64,000 bases of DNA from Octopus sinensis (GCF_006345805.1 NC_043018.1:27652001-27716000), one strand, 5' to 3'; counted from the stretch's first letter, positions 40,130 through 53,775 are shown. A program made the numbers and translations. The notes: generated by a model not told the origin, from the sequence alone.

Positions 40130-41160
40130 GACATGTAGCCTCGGGTCATTTGTAACGGAGAATTTTCTGACGAAATTCCGCTGACAATGGAATGAGACAA
40201 GGCGACTCTCCTACTCCAACACTTTTCAATATTCTTTACTGTTCTGCTTATGCACGCATTCTGTGGTTGCGATAAAGGTGTCTTCTAGCAGCTCAAAATT
40301 ACCGGAAGCGTCTTCAGTTTGAGATGGTTCAACTTCAAGGCGGAAACGTTTAAAACTTTAATCAGGGAACTTAAAATAAGTCTGAAAAAAAAAACATAAT
40401 AAAGTAATATTCTCACCTGCACTAAGTGAACCGTATATCGAACCTGATATCGTTGTATACATTACAAGATCGGATGTAGTTGACACTCTTGTTTACCTAA
40501 GCGGTGCGCTGCCGAGAGATGGCTCTCTAGGTACGGCAATAAATCTACACATTCAGAAAGCTTCTGTAGCATTTGGTTAGCTTGAGAAACCAAGCTGAGC
40601 GTTTACAAGGCCTGCGAACGGACGACTCTGTTGTGCTCTTCTGAACCATGAACAGTAAACCGCTTTCATCAAAAATGTTTGACACATAGTCGACATCAAG
40701 TGAAAAAGTAAAACAACTGACACATATGTTTTTTGCAAAGACGCGATACACAAGCATCCAGTCACTCCTCATATCTACTCAGGTGCTTTGGGCAGGCCGT
40801 GTTGTGCGTTTGGAAGATAATAAGGTGCCAAATTAGTTGCCTGCACGGGAGAGTATCCTCAGTATAAACCACAAAACTAGGTACAAAAAATGTTTAAAGA
40901 GCAACCTAAAAGAACTGCAGATCAATGCAAAGAACTGGAAAGAACTCACTTGGGAAAAGGTCGAGTGGAGGGAGCGTATAAGGGAAGGTTGTAAAATTTT
41001 GGATAGGGACACCTTGAACGCAAAGTACAAAGCCTTGGCTACGGAGGGGCTGTCATCAGAACTACAAGGATAGCATAAAGTATTGGGAGTGTGAAACCTG
41101 TGGCCCTGCACTCCTTTTCAAGGCCGGGTATGTCAGCATCTGAAGTCCCATGAAAAATCA
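40130..41160 (+). pseudogene. Heavily decayed RTE-clade LINE 3' region
   Basis: Remnants QGD.PTPTLFNI, IQKASVAFG, KTRYKKCLKSNLKELQINAKNWKELTWEKVEWRERIREG, CETCGPALLFKAGY. Confidence 0.7.
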
Positions 41161-41469
41161 ACTGTATGTAACGTCGTCCTTCCTCTGTGATCGCATGTTT
41201 TGACGTTGGTAGTGTGTGAGAGGGCCTTGCAAGTGAATTTCTAGTCTGAAAAGACATGTAGAGGTTCCCAGAGATCGTGTTTGACAAAGTAAACCGATCA
41301 ATCCAGTAGACGTTAAAACTTTCGTCTGTCTCGTATGCTTCAAACCAAGCAGATCTTCAGCGGGACTGAATAATCAATGTGAGTGGCCGTAGACAGGAGC
41401 TAAGAAATGCTATTGACTAAATGAAGAGCCTCAGAAAGACGACAATCAACTCTGAAGATGGTGCAATCA

Positions 41470-41915
41470 CTCTCTCTCTCTCTCTCTCTCTCCTCCTTTC
41501 TCCCTCATTCTCTCCTTCTCTGTTTCTCTCTTTCTATACATATACAGATATATATACACACATAAATGTGTGTGTGTGAATATATAAAACGCCCCCCGTC
41601 CAATGGACGGTGCTGAGTTGTCAAACATTTAAACGAAATCTTCTCAAAACAACTTGTCCGACCGTCCCATAGGCCGTCCCTTTGAGAAACACTGATTTAA
41701 CCTAAATTTGGGACACCTGCAAAAGAAGAAATAAAGATTTTTTGTATTCCAAAGAATGATTTATCGATTGCATTCTCACCTGGAATCGATTTTGTAAATT
41801 TTTTCAAGACTTATACACGTCCTGATACCGTCGGTATCTACATGTCAAGTTTGAGTGCAATGGGATGGAGGATGCCCGAGATCCTAGAAGACACACAGAC
41901 AGACAGAACAGATTT
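41470..41915 (+). mobile_element. Helitron-like (HINE/Lep1-type) element, 3' part
   Basis: 3' ...catgtcaagtttgag...gatcc...acagacagacagaacagattttatataatagat, typical of Lep1/DINE-1-type ends (resemblance only). Confidence 0.45.
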
Positions 41916-42024
41916 TATATAATAGATATACGTAAATATATACGTATATGTACATATATATATATTCGTATATATACATGTGCATATGTATATATGTTGT
42001 ATTGTGTGTGTGTTTATAAATATG

Positions 42025-42126
<102 letters not shown>

Positions 42127-42767
42127 TGTATGGCCGCAGCTCTGAGCTGAAACTAGAAAAAGAAAATATATATATATTAATAAATATATATTATGTACAC
42201 ACGCACACACACATATGGTAACTATTTTTCCACTATAACATAACTGTTCTATAAAGAACTATGTTACTTCGTTTTAACCCCAGGAAAATTAGAAGGTACC
42301 GCACGAGTGAAGATATATAGGGAAGAGGATTTGAAAATGAAGATGTTTATTAACTTGACCGGTTTCACTTGTTTAAAAACTGATTTTCAAAAATAAAGTG
42401 CAAGGCTTTGTGTAGCCTTTGTGGTGTAAAAGATTATTTACCATAGATGTATCAAAATACAGTGATAGAGTCTTTGACAAAGATGATAAAATGCTAAGAA
42501 ATAGAATCGTTGACAATGATAAGAAAAAGTTAAGAGAGTTTTTGTGTTTAAACTGTTTACATAAAATGTTCAAAATAGGCAGTAAAATAAGTTCATAATT
42601 GTTTATAAGTTCATCAGAAATCATAATTGCTTATAAGGATTTTTAGAGGAATGACCAACCCTTTATTCTTCATCTCCAGTCTTGTATGTATTTTGATTCC
42701 TTGCCTTAATTCACAAATATATCCACTAATGCGGTGTTGAGTCCTTATTCTATCGTTCGACATGTAC

Positions 42768-42823
<56 letters not shown>

Positions 42824-43607
42824 ATATACATATACACAAGGGCATGAGCATTGTGTAAATACACATAAAAATGTAAAGAAACGTGTAAAACAGAAATATC
42901 TACACATGTAACTAGATTAGTTAGAGTGATGCTCCGCAAGCGGCATGTCCCGGCACACTGGAAGGCCACGAGATGATGCTGGATGTGCCGTAGTGTAGCA
43001 TGAATATAGTTATTTTCTCTATACTTTTTGTTATACTTTAAGTTCAAGTGTGCCGCTGAATTTTGAAAAGAATATAAGTGTGCCGCGGGTGAAAAACTGG
43101 TTGCGGAGTACTAGGTTAAAGTGGCATCACACTAGCACTCTATTACCAATTCACACACACACGCACACACATACACGCGCAAACACAGACTCATGCATGC
43201 ACACACATACACACACGCGCACACACACACGTACACATACACACACAGGCATATACGCGCACACACACACACTACGCGTACACACGCACACACACACACA
43301 CTACGTGTACACATGCACACACACTCAAATTACATACACACACGCGCACTCAAATTACATACACACACGCACACACACATGCACGCACACACACATACAC
43401 ACACATGTACACACACACACATACACACACATAGACACGCGCATACACACATAAATACACGCACACACGCACACATATGCACGCACACACACATTCACAC
43501 ACATGCATACACACGCACACACACACATAAACACACGCACACACATTCACACACACATATAAACACACTCACACACATGCTCACACACACGCACATGTTT
43601 ATTAATT

Positions 43608-44010
43608 ACTAGCAGTATCGCCTGGCGTTGCTCGGGTTTGTAAGGGAAATAACTATGTAAGCATTTTTAGAGAGTTATAGCCAAAAAATAGCCAAAAAAT
43701 GCATTAAAAATGGAAAAGAAATTATGATAATTTTTTTTAAAAATCGTTGACTATTCGTAGACATTTTTAGAGAGTTACTTCCCTTATATAATAGCGAAAA
43801 AATGCATTAAAATGGAAAGAATTATGGTAATTTTTTTTTTAAATCGTAGACTCATCTTAGACGCGCGCTAATACCCAGAAGGGCTCGATATGAATCACGA
43901 CTATAAGATATCCGGTTTTGGTTAAACTGCACCGCAAAATGTGGGAGTAGTTAGGAATCTAAATCGTAGGAGACAGACACACAACTTGACTTTTATATAT
44001 AAAGATAAAC
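43608..44010 (+). mobile_element. Helitron-like (HINE/DINE-1/Lep1-type) element
   Basis: 5' tACTAGcagtatcgcctggcgttgctcgggt, internal duplicated block, 3' gacagacacacaacttgacttttatatataaagat. Confidence 0.55.
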
Positions 44011-44139
44011 GATACCCACGCATACAGAAATATAAAGAAAACTAAAAAGCAGAAACGAAAAGCACGAAACGAATAAGAAACAAAAAAGACATCTGTTTTG
44101 ATTTTGTTAGTTTTCAAGCTTTCATTGAAACCATTTTGG

Positions 44140-45260
44140 AAGGATAGAAAGAGAGAGAGAAAGAAAGAAAGTTGAGGAAAGAAGGAACGAGCGAATGAAA
44201 GAAAGAAAGAATTAATAATTGAATAAATGAATGAATGAATAAAGAAAGGAAGAAAGAAAGAAGGAATGCTAAGAAGGAGAGAAAGAGAGAGAGAAAGAAA
44301 GAAAGTTGAGGAAGAAGGAACGGGCGAATGAATTTAAAGAAAGAATTAATAATTGAATAAATGAATGAATGAATAAGAAAGGAAGAAAGAAAGAAGGAAT
44401 GCTAAGAAGGAGAGAAAGAGAGAGAGAAAGAAAGAAAGTTGAGGAAAGAAGGAACGAGCGAATGAATTTAAAGAAAGAATTAATAATTGAATAAATGAAT
44501 GAATAAAGAAAGGAAGAAAGAAAGAAGGAATGCTAAGAAGGAGAGAAAGAGAGAGAGAAAGAAAGAAAGTTGAGGAAAGAAGGAACGGGCGAATGAATTT
44601 AAAGAAAGAATTAATAATTGAATAAATGAATGAATGAATAAAGAAAGGAAGAAAGAAAGAAGGAATGCTAAGAAGGAGAGAAAGAGAGAGAGAAAGAAAG
44701 AAAGTTGAGGAAAGAAGGAACGAGCGAATGAATTTAAAGAAAGAATTAATAATTGAATAAATGAATGAATGAATAAAGAAAGGAAGAAAGAAAGAAGGAA
44801 TGCTAAGAAGGAGAGAAAGAGAGAGAGAAAGAAAGAAAGTTGAGGAAAGAAGGAACGAGCGAATGAAAGAAAGAAAGAATTAATAATTGAATAAATGAAT
44901 GAATGAATAAAGAAAGGAAGAAAGAAAGAAGGAATGCTAAGAAGGAGAGAAAGAGAGAGAGAAAGAAAGAAAGTTGAGGAAAGAAGGAACGAGCGAATGA
45001 AAGAAAGAAAGAATTAAATTGAATAAATGAATGAATGAATAAAGAAGGAAGAAGAAAGAAGGAATCTAAGAAGGAGAGAAAGAGAGAGAGAAAGAAGAAA
45101 GTTGAGGACAGAAGGAACGAGCGAATGAATTTAAAGAAAGAATAATAATTGAATAAATGATTAATGAATAAAGAAAGGAAGAAAGAAGGAATGCTAAGAA
45201 GGAGAGAAAGAAAGAAAGAATGAAAGGAGAGGAAAGAAGGAAGGAGCGAATGAAAGAAAG
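44140..45260 (+). repeat. ~134-bp purine-rich tandem satellite, 8 copies plus a degenerate copy
   Basis: Anchor gttgagga at 44171, 44305, 44438, 44569, 44704, 44839, 44973 and 45101. Confidence 0.92.
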
Positions 45261-45913
45261 AAGAAAGAAAGAAAGAAAGGAAGAAAGAAAGAATTGAATG
45301 AATGAATGAATGAATTCAGTAAGAAAGAAAGAAAGATAGATAGAAGGAAGGAAGGAAAAGGGAAGAAGGAAACAACGGAAGTAAGGGAGACGGATGGGGA
45401 AAAAGTAAGACAGAGAGAAAGAAGGAAAGAAAAGGAGGGGAGGGAGGAAAGAAAGAAAGAAAGACGGAAGGGGAAGAAGGTAAGACAGAAAGAAAGAAGG
45501 AAGGAAGGAAGAAAAGAAAGAGGAGGAAAGAAAGAAAGGAAGACGAAAGGGGAAGAAGGTAAGAAAGAAAGAAAGAAAGAAGGGGGAAGACGGGACAAAG
45601 GAACGGACGAAAGAAAGAATGAGTTGATAAAAGAATGAATGAATAAATCAATATAAATGAAGAAAGAAAGAAAGAAAGAATGAAAGAATGAGAGAAGGAA
45701 GGTGAAGAAAGAATAAAAGAAGGAAAGAAACAAGGGGAAAATAAGAAAGGAACGAATGAAAGAAAGAATGAATGAAAAAGAAAGTGAAAGAAAGGAAAGA
45801 AAAAACGAACGAACGAACGAAGAAGGGAAGAAAGACAAAGAAAGAATGGAGAATGAAAGAAAACAGAAAGAATAGAGTGTCAGAAAGAAAGAAGGAAAAA
45901 GAAGAAGGAAGGA

Positions 45914-45957
<44 letters not shown>

Positions 45958-46160
45958 AGGAAAGGGGTAGGGAAGAGGGAACGAGGTAAGAAAGAAAGAA
46001 TGAAAGAAAGAAAAGAAGTAATGCAGAACGCCAGAAAACAGAGAGAGTAAACGCAACGAAGAGGGAAAGAAAAAGAAAGAAAGAAAGAAAAATAGAAAGA
46101 AAGAAAGGAAGAGGGAGAGGAAAGAAAGGAAAGAAACGAAACGAAGAAAGAACAATGACA
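45260..46160 (+). repeat. Degenerate (GAAA/GAAG)n polypurine tract
   Basis: Continuation of the purine-rich strand. Confidence 0.9.
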
Positions 46161-46469
46161 GGAAAAGCGAAACTAGACTGAAATGTAAAAAAGAAACAAA
46201 TGAAAAACAGGAAGGAGAGTTTAAAAGAAGAATTTCTTGAAAAATTGGATTTGAAAGAAATATTCTAAAATACCATCAGAATTAAACATAATTATACAGC
46301 ATGTGTGTGTGCGTATGTGTGTGTGTGTGTGTATGTGTGTGTGTGTGTGTGTGTGTGTCTATGTGTGTGTATGTGTGTTTGTGCTCGTGTGTGTATGTGT
46401 GTATGTGTGTGCGTGTGTATGTTATATCTCATATGTTAGATCCATATACAGTCACATACTGCTCGCATA

Positions 46470-46930
46470 TATATGAGTGTGTTGCTTACCAACGACATGG
46501 TTTCGGGTTCAGTCCCACTGCATGGCACCTCGAGCAAGTGTTTTCTACTGCTGCCTCGGGCCGGCCAAAACCTTGTGAGTGGATTTGGTAGACGGAAACT
46601 GAAAGAAGCCTATCTTATAAATATCTTTATTGTTGTGTGTGTGTGTGTGTGTGTCTATATATATACATGTATATATATGTATATGTGTGTGTGTGTTTAT
46701 GTGTGTATGTATGTGTGTATATATGTTTGTGTGTCTGTGTGTGTCCCTAAGACATCGCTTGACAACTGATGCTGGTGTGTTTACGTCCCCGTAATTTAGC
46801 AGTTCGGCCAAAGAGACCGATAGAATAAGTATTAGGCTTCCAAACAATAAGTTCTAGAATCGATTTGCTGGACTAACTGCAGTGCTCCAGTATGGTCGCA
46901 GTCAAATGACTGAAACAAGTAAGAGAATAA
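46470..46930 (+). mobile_element. SINE family C, full length
   Basis: Head, internal (TG/TA)n, tail gtgctccagtatggtcgcagtcaaatgactgaaacaagt. Confidence 0.8.
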
Positions 46931-46962
46931 AAGAACAATATATATATATATACACACACATA

Positions 46963-48229
46963 TCGGGTGCGGTGAATAAACTGTCGTCTAAATTACCCAA
47001 AAATGAAGATAACACTGGCCTCTCATTTCAACAAATATATTTACCAAAATTACATAGAAATATCTTTAAATACCAGAGAGTAAATTTATTCAATAAAATC
47101 GCCATTGGCTTCAACCACAGCCTCCAGACGACTTCGGAATCTTCTGCATCTTTTCTGGACGGTCTCCTTGTCTAAGTTGGTGAATACTGCCATAATCCTT
47201 GCCTTCAGTTCGTCTTTGGTGTTAGAAGTTTTGTTGGTATCTCTCTCAACTGCGCCCCACACATAATGATCAAGGGGTTACAGTCTGGGGAGTTAGGTGG
47301 CCAGATGTTAGGGGGTGATGGGCTTGCAGAAGTTATCTGACAGCCATAACTGGGTTCCCCTGCTTCTGTGGCATGGTGCAGTGCAGAGTCCTGTTACCAG
47401 ACGTAAGATATTCTAGTATCTACCCTCTTCACCTAAGGCAGAACTATCTCCCCCAGACACTTGATGTAGGTCTCCATGTTGGGTCGGAGGCAGTGTGGGG
47501 AAATGAATGGAGGCATAACTTCGCCATCACTAGTGATCATTCCAAACAACATACTGTTGACTGAATATTTTATTTTTATCACTCTCGATGGCTTGCCGTG
47601 TTTTGGGATCACGGCAAGCCATCACTTTTCATGTGTGTTCACCATCTGATCCTGGTAGAAATCTTTCTCGTCTGACAAAAACCAAAGCATGTTTGGTAGG
47701 AGGAGATGCTTCAGTTTGCCCTTGATGGCTTGGGATAAGAATGGGCCCTTTCTCATCTTGTATGATGAATACCGAATGTATTCATGCACTGCCTGCCTGA
47801 TAAAAAAACTCAGACACTCCCATGTCCCTTGCGATGGATCTGATTGATTTGGAGGGATTGTTGTCAATTATGGCCGGGATCTCACCAACAAATTCAGTTC
47901 TTTTCGTATCAGAACGATCAGAGCAAGTTTTCCAAGCTGCCGTACCTTCGTAATCTCCATTAGTCTCATCCATATCTTTCCGAATCCCCTGCACCATCCT
48001 CAGATTGACACATAAACAATCTGAAATGGAGCTTCAGGTGCGAAAGCTGAACAGTACAGAATGTCGCTTCCAAATTTCTGGCAGAGCCAATTGTGTAATG
48101 GTGTTTTTCTCACAGACAGTAGCCAATTGATTCTACTATACTGTGTAGTAGACAAAATCAAACTAAAACAATGCGTATGCGCAAAATTAAAAGTATATAA
48201 AATGGCGACAATTTACCCATCGCACGCTG
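46963..48229 (-). mobile_element. Tc1/mariner element (maT/DD37D-like), ~1.27 kb, decayed
   Basis: TA on both sides. Degenerate 26-bp TIRs (18/26 match). Transposase remnants NPSKSIRSIARDMGVS, SDEKDF, QDSAPCH, WPPNSPDCNPLDHYVWG. Confidence 0.85.
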
Positions 48230-48237
48230 TATGCATA

Positions 48238-48296
<59 letters not shown>

Positions 48297-48418
48297 ATAT
48301 ATATATATATAAATACCGGAGTAAACACATCAATGTGAAACAAGGTGGAAAAAAGAGTACTCAAATACCAGTGTAGAGTAATATGCTTTATTTAAAGCAG
48401 CAGAAAATTCAACAAAAT

Positions 48419-48456
48419 CTGTTACTCTGAGTTTCTCGTTGCCGTTCATCAGACAG
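48419..48456 (-). ncRNA. Minimal type-I hammerhead ribozyme
   Basis: CTGT-CTGATGA-a CG gcaa CG a-GAAA-CTC a GAG-TA-ACAG. Stem I is 4 bp, stem II is 2 bp with a GNRA loop, GUA site. Confidence 0.65.
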
Positions 48457-48496
48457 TTTGTCTGATGAACGGCAACGAGAAACTCAGAGTAACAGA
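48457..48496 (+). ncRNA. Minimal type-I hammerhead ribozyme (mirror copy)
   Basis: TTTGT-CTGATGA-aCGgcaaCGa-GAAA-CTCaGAG-TA-ACAGA. Stem I is 5 bp with one wobble. Confidence 0.6.
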
Positions 48497-48535
48497 TTTT
48501 GTTGAATTTTCTGCTGCTTTAAATAAAGTATATAT

Positions 48536-48580
<45 letters not shown>

Positions 48581-48749
48581 TATATATATACATGATGGTG
48601 TGTGTATGTGTGTGTGTGTACACGCACACATTCATGTACACATACATGCATAATACATACAAAAATGCATATATACATACATACATCCATATATACATAA
48701 ATGCATACATACATTCATATATGCATACATACATATACACGTATTTTTT

Positions 48750-48953
48750 TTCTCTTTTACTTGTTTCAGTCATTTGACTGTGGCCATGCTGGAGCACCAC
48801 CTTTTTAGTCGAACAAGTCGACCCAGGACTTATTCCTTGTAAGCCTAGTATTTATTCTATCGGTCCCTTTTGCCGAACCGCTAAGTTACGGGGACTTAAA
48901 CACACCAGCATCGGTTGTCAAACGATATTGGAGGGACAAACACAGACACACAA

Positions 48954-48998
<45 letters not shown>

Positions 48999-49409
48999 AT
49001 ATTTCTTTTTTTTTCGTTTTTTTTTTTACTTGTTTCAGTCATTTGACTGCGGCCATACTGGAGCACCGCCTTTAGTCGAACAAATCGACTCTGGGACTTA
49101 TTCTTTGTACTTATTTTATCGGTCTCTTTAGCCGAACCGCTAATTGACGGGGACGTAAACACACCAGCATCGGTTGTCAAGCATTGCTAGGGGGACAAAC
49201 ACAGACACACAAACATATACACATACATACACATATATATATATATATATATATACATATACGACAGGCTTTTCAGTTTCCGTCTACCAAATCCACTCAC
49301 AAGGCATTGGTCGGCCCGGGGATATAGCAGAAGACACTTGCCCAAGATGCCACGCAGTGGGACTGAACCCGGAACCATGTGGTCGGTAAACAAGCTACTT
49401 ACCACACAT

Positions 49410-49447
<38 letters not shown>

Positions 49448-49610
49448 CCGACGGGCTTCTTTCAGTTTCCGACTACCAAATCCACTCACAAGGCTTTAGT
49501 CGGCCCGTGGCTATAGTAGAAGACACCTGCCCAAGGTGCCACGCAGTGGAAATGAATCCGGAACCATGTGGTTCGTAAGCAAGCTACTTACCACACAACC
49601 ACTCCTACGC
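48750..49610 (-). mobile_element. Cluster of three SINE family C pieces
   Basis: 48750-48960 (3' half), 49020-49410 (full) and 49445-49610 (5' half). Confidence 0.8.
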
Positions 49611-49996
49611 CTATGTAGATATAAATACAGTACAATGCGAAGATATGAACAACATCAATAGAAAGAAGGGGGAGAGAGACCAACACCATGGAAGGAAAGA
49701 GGACGATTAAAAACGAACAAATATATTTCTATTATGTTTCTTTCCCAATCAACGGAAAATCTCAACGTGTGACAAATCGGTGATTTTGTTATCTCTCAAA
49801 ACTCTGCCCATCCTTATCTCTTTCGCCGGCTCTGCAAATCACACTGAGCCGGATTTCTGTATTGGGTAGTCGTAGGTTTGTATGTATGTATGTATGTATG
49901 TATGTATGTATGTATGTATGTATGTATATGTGTGTGTATGTATATGTGTGTGTATGCATGTATGCATATACTTATGTCTGTCTGTGTGTATGTTTG

Positions 49997-50076
<80 letters not shown>

Positions 50077-50158
50077 CTCTCTCTATATATATATATGTAT
50101 GTATGCATGTATATATATAAACATGTATAAATATATATATAAATAAATAAATATATAT

Positions 50159-50190
<32 letters not shown>

Positions 50191-50322
50191 TTATTTATTT
50201 ATATATATACACATTTACCTTTGTATGTGAGTGTATGCATATACCATTAATGTAAGCATTTATGTGTGTATGTATATGTATATATATGCATGTTTGAGCG
50301 TGTGTGAGTGTGTATGTATATA

Positions 50323-50353
<31 letters not shown>

Positions 50354-50662
50354 TTATACGTATACGTATATATACATACACACAGGTATACATATATATG
50401 CACTCATGTATATATGCATATATTTATACGCATATATATATACATACATACACTCATATTTGTGTGTGCTTATATATAATATATATGTACATATTTATAC
50501 ATACCTGTATACACACACACACACATGCACACATACACACACACCCTGCAGTGAACTTCACCTGATCTCGTTGCAGATGTCTTTAATAATTAATCATGCC
50601 ATCTGCTGAGAGGAAACGAAACGTAGCGCCATTACTGCATCACTGCATCATGTGATCTCTAT

Positions 50663-50737
50663 GTTGCTAGGTAACAATCACCAATTGCCTTGGCAACGGC
50701 CGTATTACAAACCAGATGCTTGTCATTGCCTAGCTAC
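50663..50737. promoter_or_regulatory. Candidate RFX X-box cluster
   Basis: GTTGCTAGGTAAC (50663-50675), ATTGCCTTGGCAAC (50684-50697) and ATTGCCTAGCTAC (50725-50737), in a non-repetitive-looking island. Confidence 0.4.
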
Positions 50738-51299
50738 GGACACCTAGATCAATCTTTGCGTTCGCTCGTAGTCCAACCAAGTCTCCACCTCTTCGCTGTA
50801 CACATCCCCCCACATCTTCCTACATACACACAAAGCATACATACATACGTACATACATACATGTGTGTATGTGCATGTGTGTGCGCGTGGATGTGTGTAT
50901 ACGCACTTTTTTTTTCAGATTCTCATAGAGATAGCAAAATCTGTAATAAGCGCCCGATTAAGGCCATCTTAATGAGTCAAAATGCTGCTTTTCGTTTCCC
51001 ATCTGCATAGTCATCGACATCTTAAATATCAAATTTAATTTACCTACGATCACCATTTGAACACCTACAAGAAATTGGCCAAAGTAGAAGAAGAAAACAG
51101 AAGAAACAACTGTTGTGCTATATGCTTGGCAACCATTTTATTTCCCGCTTGAATGGAATTCTTGTCCTTGTGCAACGAATGTCGTACAACTTAACCATGC
51201 TGTCGTAAATACCTGCCAACAGACGTCTTGCATTATCTGCGGTATCCTTGCGGTAACCTTACAACAAGCAATCTTTAGAGAGCTGCCAGTGTCTTGTGG

Positions 51300-52350
51300 T
51301 AGAAGTGGAAATGTATACCAAGTTGAGTCAGAATTGAAAAAAAAAATTTTTGTATCTCAAGCTTCAATTAATAATTCGAACAAATTACATACCAAAGCGG
51401 TTATTCATCAAACTATACCCACATCTTATTCTATTGTCCGTTGCATCATCGTGCCGGAAGCTCAATTCCATGATATTTGGCTGGTTTAAAGGCAAAAATC
51501 TCCTTTCGACCGTTTTCAACCTCATCCATTTTGTTCAACCTACGTCCGTGCAGGAAATGAACCTTGGCTCGGCATAGGTGCAAGGTTTGGACTGTAAGCA
51601 GGGTGAGACAGCACTGCCGCATCTCAAATTATTCCAATTTGCGCTTGGTCATATTGGTAGTGTGTATTGGGGCATTGTCATGCTGTAGGAGTGCGCATTT
51701 TTGATTGATTAGGTAGAGGGCTTTCAAAGCATAACATACTCGCTCCAGTTTTTTAGCATAAAGGTCAGTGTTCAAAGCATGACGATGTAGGACAAGCTCA
51801 AAATGCAACATACCTTTGAAATTCCAACAAGCGCACAACATGACCTTCTGTTCAAACCGTCCTTGTTTGACAACAGGTTCAGAAGCCTGGCTGGAACGAA
51901 GCCACTGATTTCTCTTATTAGGATTACGAAAATAGATCCATTTTTAATTACCTGTTATAATTCGACACCGATAGCGGGCTTCTAGAACATTAATCAGCGG
52001 TTGTATGAAAATGTTCACTCGTCGTTGAGCCTGATCATTGATTATGTAGTGAGTTCTCGACAGCATCTGTTCACAAGTTCGAGCTTATGGAGGTGTCGAT
52101 TGATGGTGCTTTCTGAAAGACCATGTTCCACTGACAATGTTTGAGTGTTTGGGCTTGGCTGTGGTCCAACCACTTGAAGCAAAGTTTCATGTTTTACAAC
52201 AGAAAGTTTCTTTGATCTTGGTTTATCTAAGAGTTTGGCGTCATCTTCCTTGGAACGTCTGAACTAATTTTGTGCCACACTTTCATTGAAAATTCCTCGG
52301 CCTTCCGCATCAGTAATTTCTTTAAACTTGCACTCATTCCTTGTTTTCAC
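51300..52350 (-). pseudogene. Mariner transposase pseudogene
   Basis: MLCACWNFKGMLHFEL...LLQHDNAPIHT...HFLHGRRLN...EVENG, and N-terminal ESVAQN*FRRSKEDD..LLDKPRS...LSESTINRHLHKL. Confidence 0.8.
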
Positions 52351-52883
52351 TGGTGGCGTAAAATAGCTGTAAGTGCAATTTTTTTCATTATCAAAGCTGG
52401 AAAATAAAGAACAAACAAATAATGTTTATATGTTATTTATGAATATAAGGAATAAACAATTCAGCAACGACTTGACAAGCTATAGAGATACAAGTTGCCA
52501 AAAGCCATCAGTGAAAATCCGAACCCGCAAGAAATGGTTGCCAAATCTGATCAAATATTTTGGGACTGTAAAAGTAAGAACATATTAGACATGAACGTAC
52601 TTCTTGATATTCGAAAGGCAAAGTTGGATGATTGTCACGCGTTTGAATATAGATCTTTTCGATCAGAATTGAACAGATTCTAAATAACGACGTCGACAAC
52701 AACAGGCAACGTTTCCAACACATACATCAAACACTGCTAGGTTGTTCTCTAGAACTCAAAATTCTTTACACGTCATTAATTCGCTGCTACCAGGAAGAAA
52801 GTTAACCAGACACGCTCCTAAGCATGTATATACTTAGCATACACTACCTATAGACCTCCATGTCATTATACATGTATGTGCAA

Positions 52884-53097
52884 GGCGGTGAGCTGGCAGG
52901 ATCGTTAGCACGCCGGTCGAAATGCTTAGCGGTATTTCGTCTGCCGCTACGTTCTGAGTTCAGACTCTGCCGAGGTCGACTTAACTTTTCATCCTTTCGG
53001 GGTCGATAAATTAAGTACCATTGAAACATTGGGGTCGATATAACCGACTAATCCTCTCCCCCAAATTTCAGGCCTTGTGCCTATAGTAGAAAAGATT
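52884..53097 (+). mobile_element. SINE family A, full monomer
   Basis: Head, B-box, core and tail ggccttgtgcctatagtagaaaagatt. Confidence 0.85.
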
Positions 53098-53098
53098 A

Positions 53099-53169
<71 letters not shown>

Positions 53170-53519
53170 GTCAGTGTGTGTATTTTAATATTTCCTTAAG
53201 TCATTGCAAGAATAATAACCGGTATGTAAAACTCAATATTCCATTGTTTAAGGTTATGCGTTAGTCGAGTACAGAGCGGAAATAAGAAAATTAGATGACA
53301 AAGGAATTAACAATTATCTCTGGAACTTCATTGGATTGCACGAGTTTCTGCTATAAGAAGCAGTGAACTTATAGTTGAGTGTTCGAGTAACACCTTATAG
53401 ATTCCTCAGCGCCCCGAAAATGAAGCGCAATTTATTTGAGAAAAGAATTACATTTATGCATATACATATATATATATATATAATTATATATATATATAAT
53501 TATATATATATATATATAT

Positions 53520-53728
53520 ATTTCTTTACTACCCACAAGGGGCTAAACACAGACGGGACAAATAAGGACAGACAACGGATTAAGTCGATTACATCGACCC
53601 CAGTGAACTGGTACTTAGTTTATCGACCCCGAAAGGATGAAAGGCAAAGTCGACCTCGGCGGAATTTGAACTCAGAACGTAGCGGCAGACAAAATACCGC
53701 TAAGCATTTCGCCCGGCATGCTAACGTT
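53520..53728 (-). mobile_element. SINE family A (with spacer)
   Basis: Reverse-complement copy ending at TA repeats. Confidence 0.8.
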
Positions 53729-53775
53729 TCATACATACATATATATATATATGTATGTATGTATATGTATGTATG

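Larger units (their letters stand above)
48311..48533. mobile_element. Mini fold-back element: HHR-bearing 3' end plus inverted copy, between (TA)n runs
   Basis: Arms 48381-48455 and 48459-48533 (75 bp, one G.T mismatch) with a 3-nt loop. Confidence 0.85.

Noticed and set aside
41446-41468. CTGAAGA-tgGTGcaatCAC as a hammerhead
   Set aside because: Truncated by a (TC)n tract before any GAAA or stem III, so it cannot be called.
44140-45260. Regularly spaced repeats as a CRISPR array
   Set aside because: Units are wholly repeated with no unique spacers, there are no cas genes, and the context is eukaryotic.
51000-52520. TIRs for the third mariner
   Set aside because: I could not find a convincing inverted pair, so only the transposase remnant is reported.
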